Assembly: GCF_006345805.1 (NCBI RefSeq)
Contig: NC_042997.1
Coordinates: 142,538,001-142,602,000 of the forward strand
From: Octopus sinensis
Taxonomy: Eukaryota
DNA length: 64,000 nucleotides
Reading direction: 5' to 3'
The notes under the pieces are model-generated. The model saw only the letters and a program-made list of their open reading frames with translations, had not been told where the DNA came from and made no database searches. The stretch's first letter is position 1; each line of letters starts with the position of its first letter. Positions 63,013-64,000 of the stretch are shown piece after piece. Position numbers and translations under genes: made by a program.

Positions 63013-63496
63013 GCCCTGGTTTTTATGTGTGTAAGTTGTCTCAGAATCAATAAGTCAGGAAAAAATGCACTTGTATATCTGCCAATAGAGTGGATATATT
63101 ATTATATTATCCAAAGTGTCAGTATCATATATATATATATATCCATTATGGCCAATCTTACCAATCAGTTTCACACTAGAGATTCAACAGAATGTTAGAT
63201 AACAATCCGATTATGTAACCCTATGCTCATCAGAGGTAGCCAATATGGAATAAAATAAGGCGACATATGTGTGTATGTATGTATGTATGTATGTATGTAT
63301 GTTTGTTTGTCCCCACCAGGCTTAAAAGTAAGTATTGTGATCAATTTGTTTGACTGAGCCCTTCAAAGCAGTACCCCAGCATGGTCACAGTCCAATAACT
63401 GAAACAAGTAAAAAAAACAAAAGCTATAACAATGATAGATGTAAATAGATTTAATGAGAAGTCATTGATCTCAAAAGGCATTGTATAACATGTTCT

Positions 63497-63497
63497 C

Positions 63498-63548
<51 letters not shown>

Positions 63549-63556
63549 TGTGTGTG
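63497..63556. repeat. (TG)n microsatellite
   Basis: Direct reading. Confidence 0.98.
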
Positions 63557-64000
63557 TTTTGCTGTTGTTTGAAATGATATACTTTAATTCTACTATGATT
63601 CACTGACGAGGATACTGGCTCAACCAATATTATAATATTATTGCTAACCCAAATTTCATCATTGGTTTTAATCATTTCACTTCACTTTTATTGCTAATTC
63701 CGCCAGGAAAATATAGTTGCTAAACTCCCACCACATAGAAACGATCTGAGAAAGTGATAGGAAATTTTCCTCTTGTACACATCCAAGAAAATACTATGAC
63801 ATCATTGGAACATGTGGCTGTAAATAAATATGCTAATGAGAGGGAGGGAGGGGAGAGAGAGAGAGAGTAAGTGTATGGACATGAATCTCTATTTATAATC
63901 AGCATTGGCTTTGTTATTTTGTCTCTATTGTTATTCATCTTAGCAAGCAATTGTTCATATAGTAAAGGTAATGTTATTTTTTGTTGTTGTTTTTTTCTCT

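Overview
AT-rich eukaryotic DNA that is almost entirely non-coding. The repeat families resemble those I recall from Octopus genomes (inference, no search run). No complete gene, rRNA, true tRNA gene or CRISPR array is supportable, and nearly all ORFs in the supplied track are artefacts of microsatellites or SINEs. The window holds dozens of tRNA-derived and RTE-tailed SINE copies (four families, here A-D), hAT/piggyBac-type MITEs, decayed RTE and CR1/Jockey-type LINE pieces, two Penelope-like remnants and many microsatellites. T-run skew and several short splice-site-bounded segments suggest large introns of an unidentified + strand gene, possibly near its 3' end; the exon calls are tentative. 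Best leads: (1) a 255-bp, 249/255-identical, non-SINE inverted duplication (50771-51025 / 55053-55307) that covers the 3' splice site of a candidate terminal exon ending in RTSWV*; (2) a 318-nt hairpin (28079-28396) whose inner stem has 7 G:U wobbles and no A-C mismatch on the + strand; (3) two minimal hammerhead-ribozyme motifs (14014-14050, 16589-16628); (4) a possible series of same-phase alternative exons; (5) a locally templated insertion with a fold-back palindrome; (6) SINE-borne 66-68-bp hairpin arrays with ABAB order. Boundaries of degenerate repeats are approximate.
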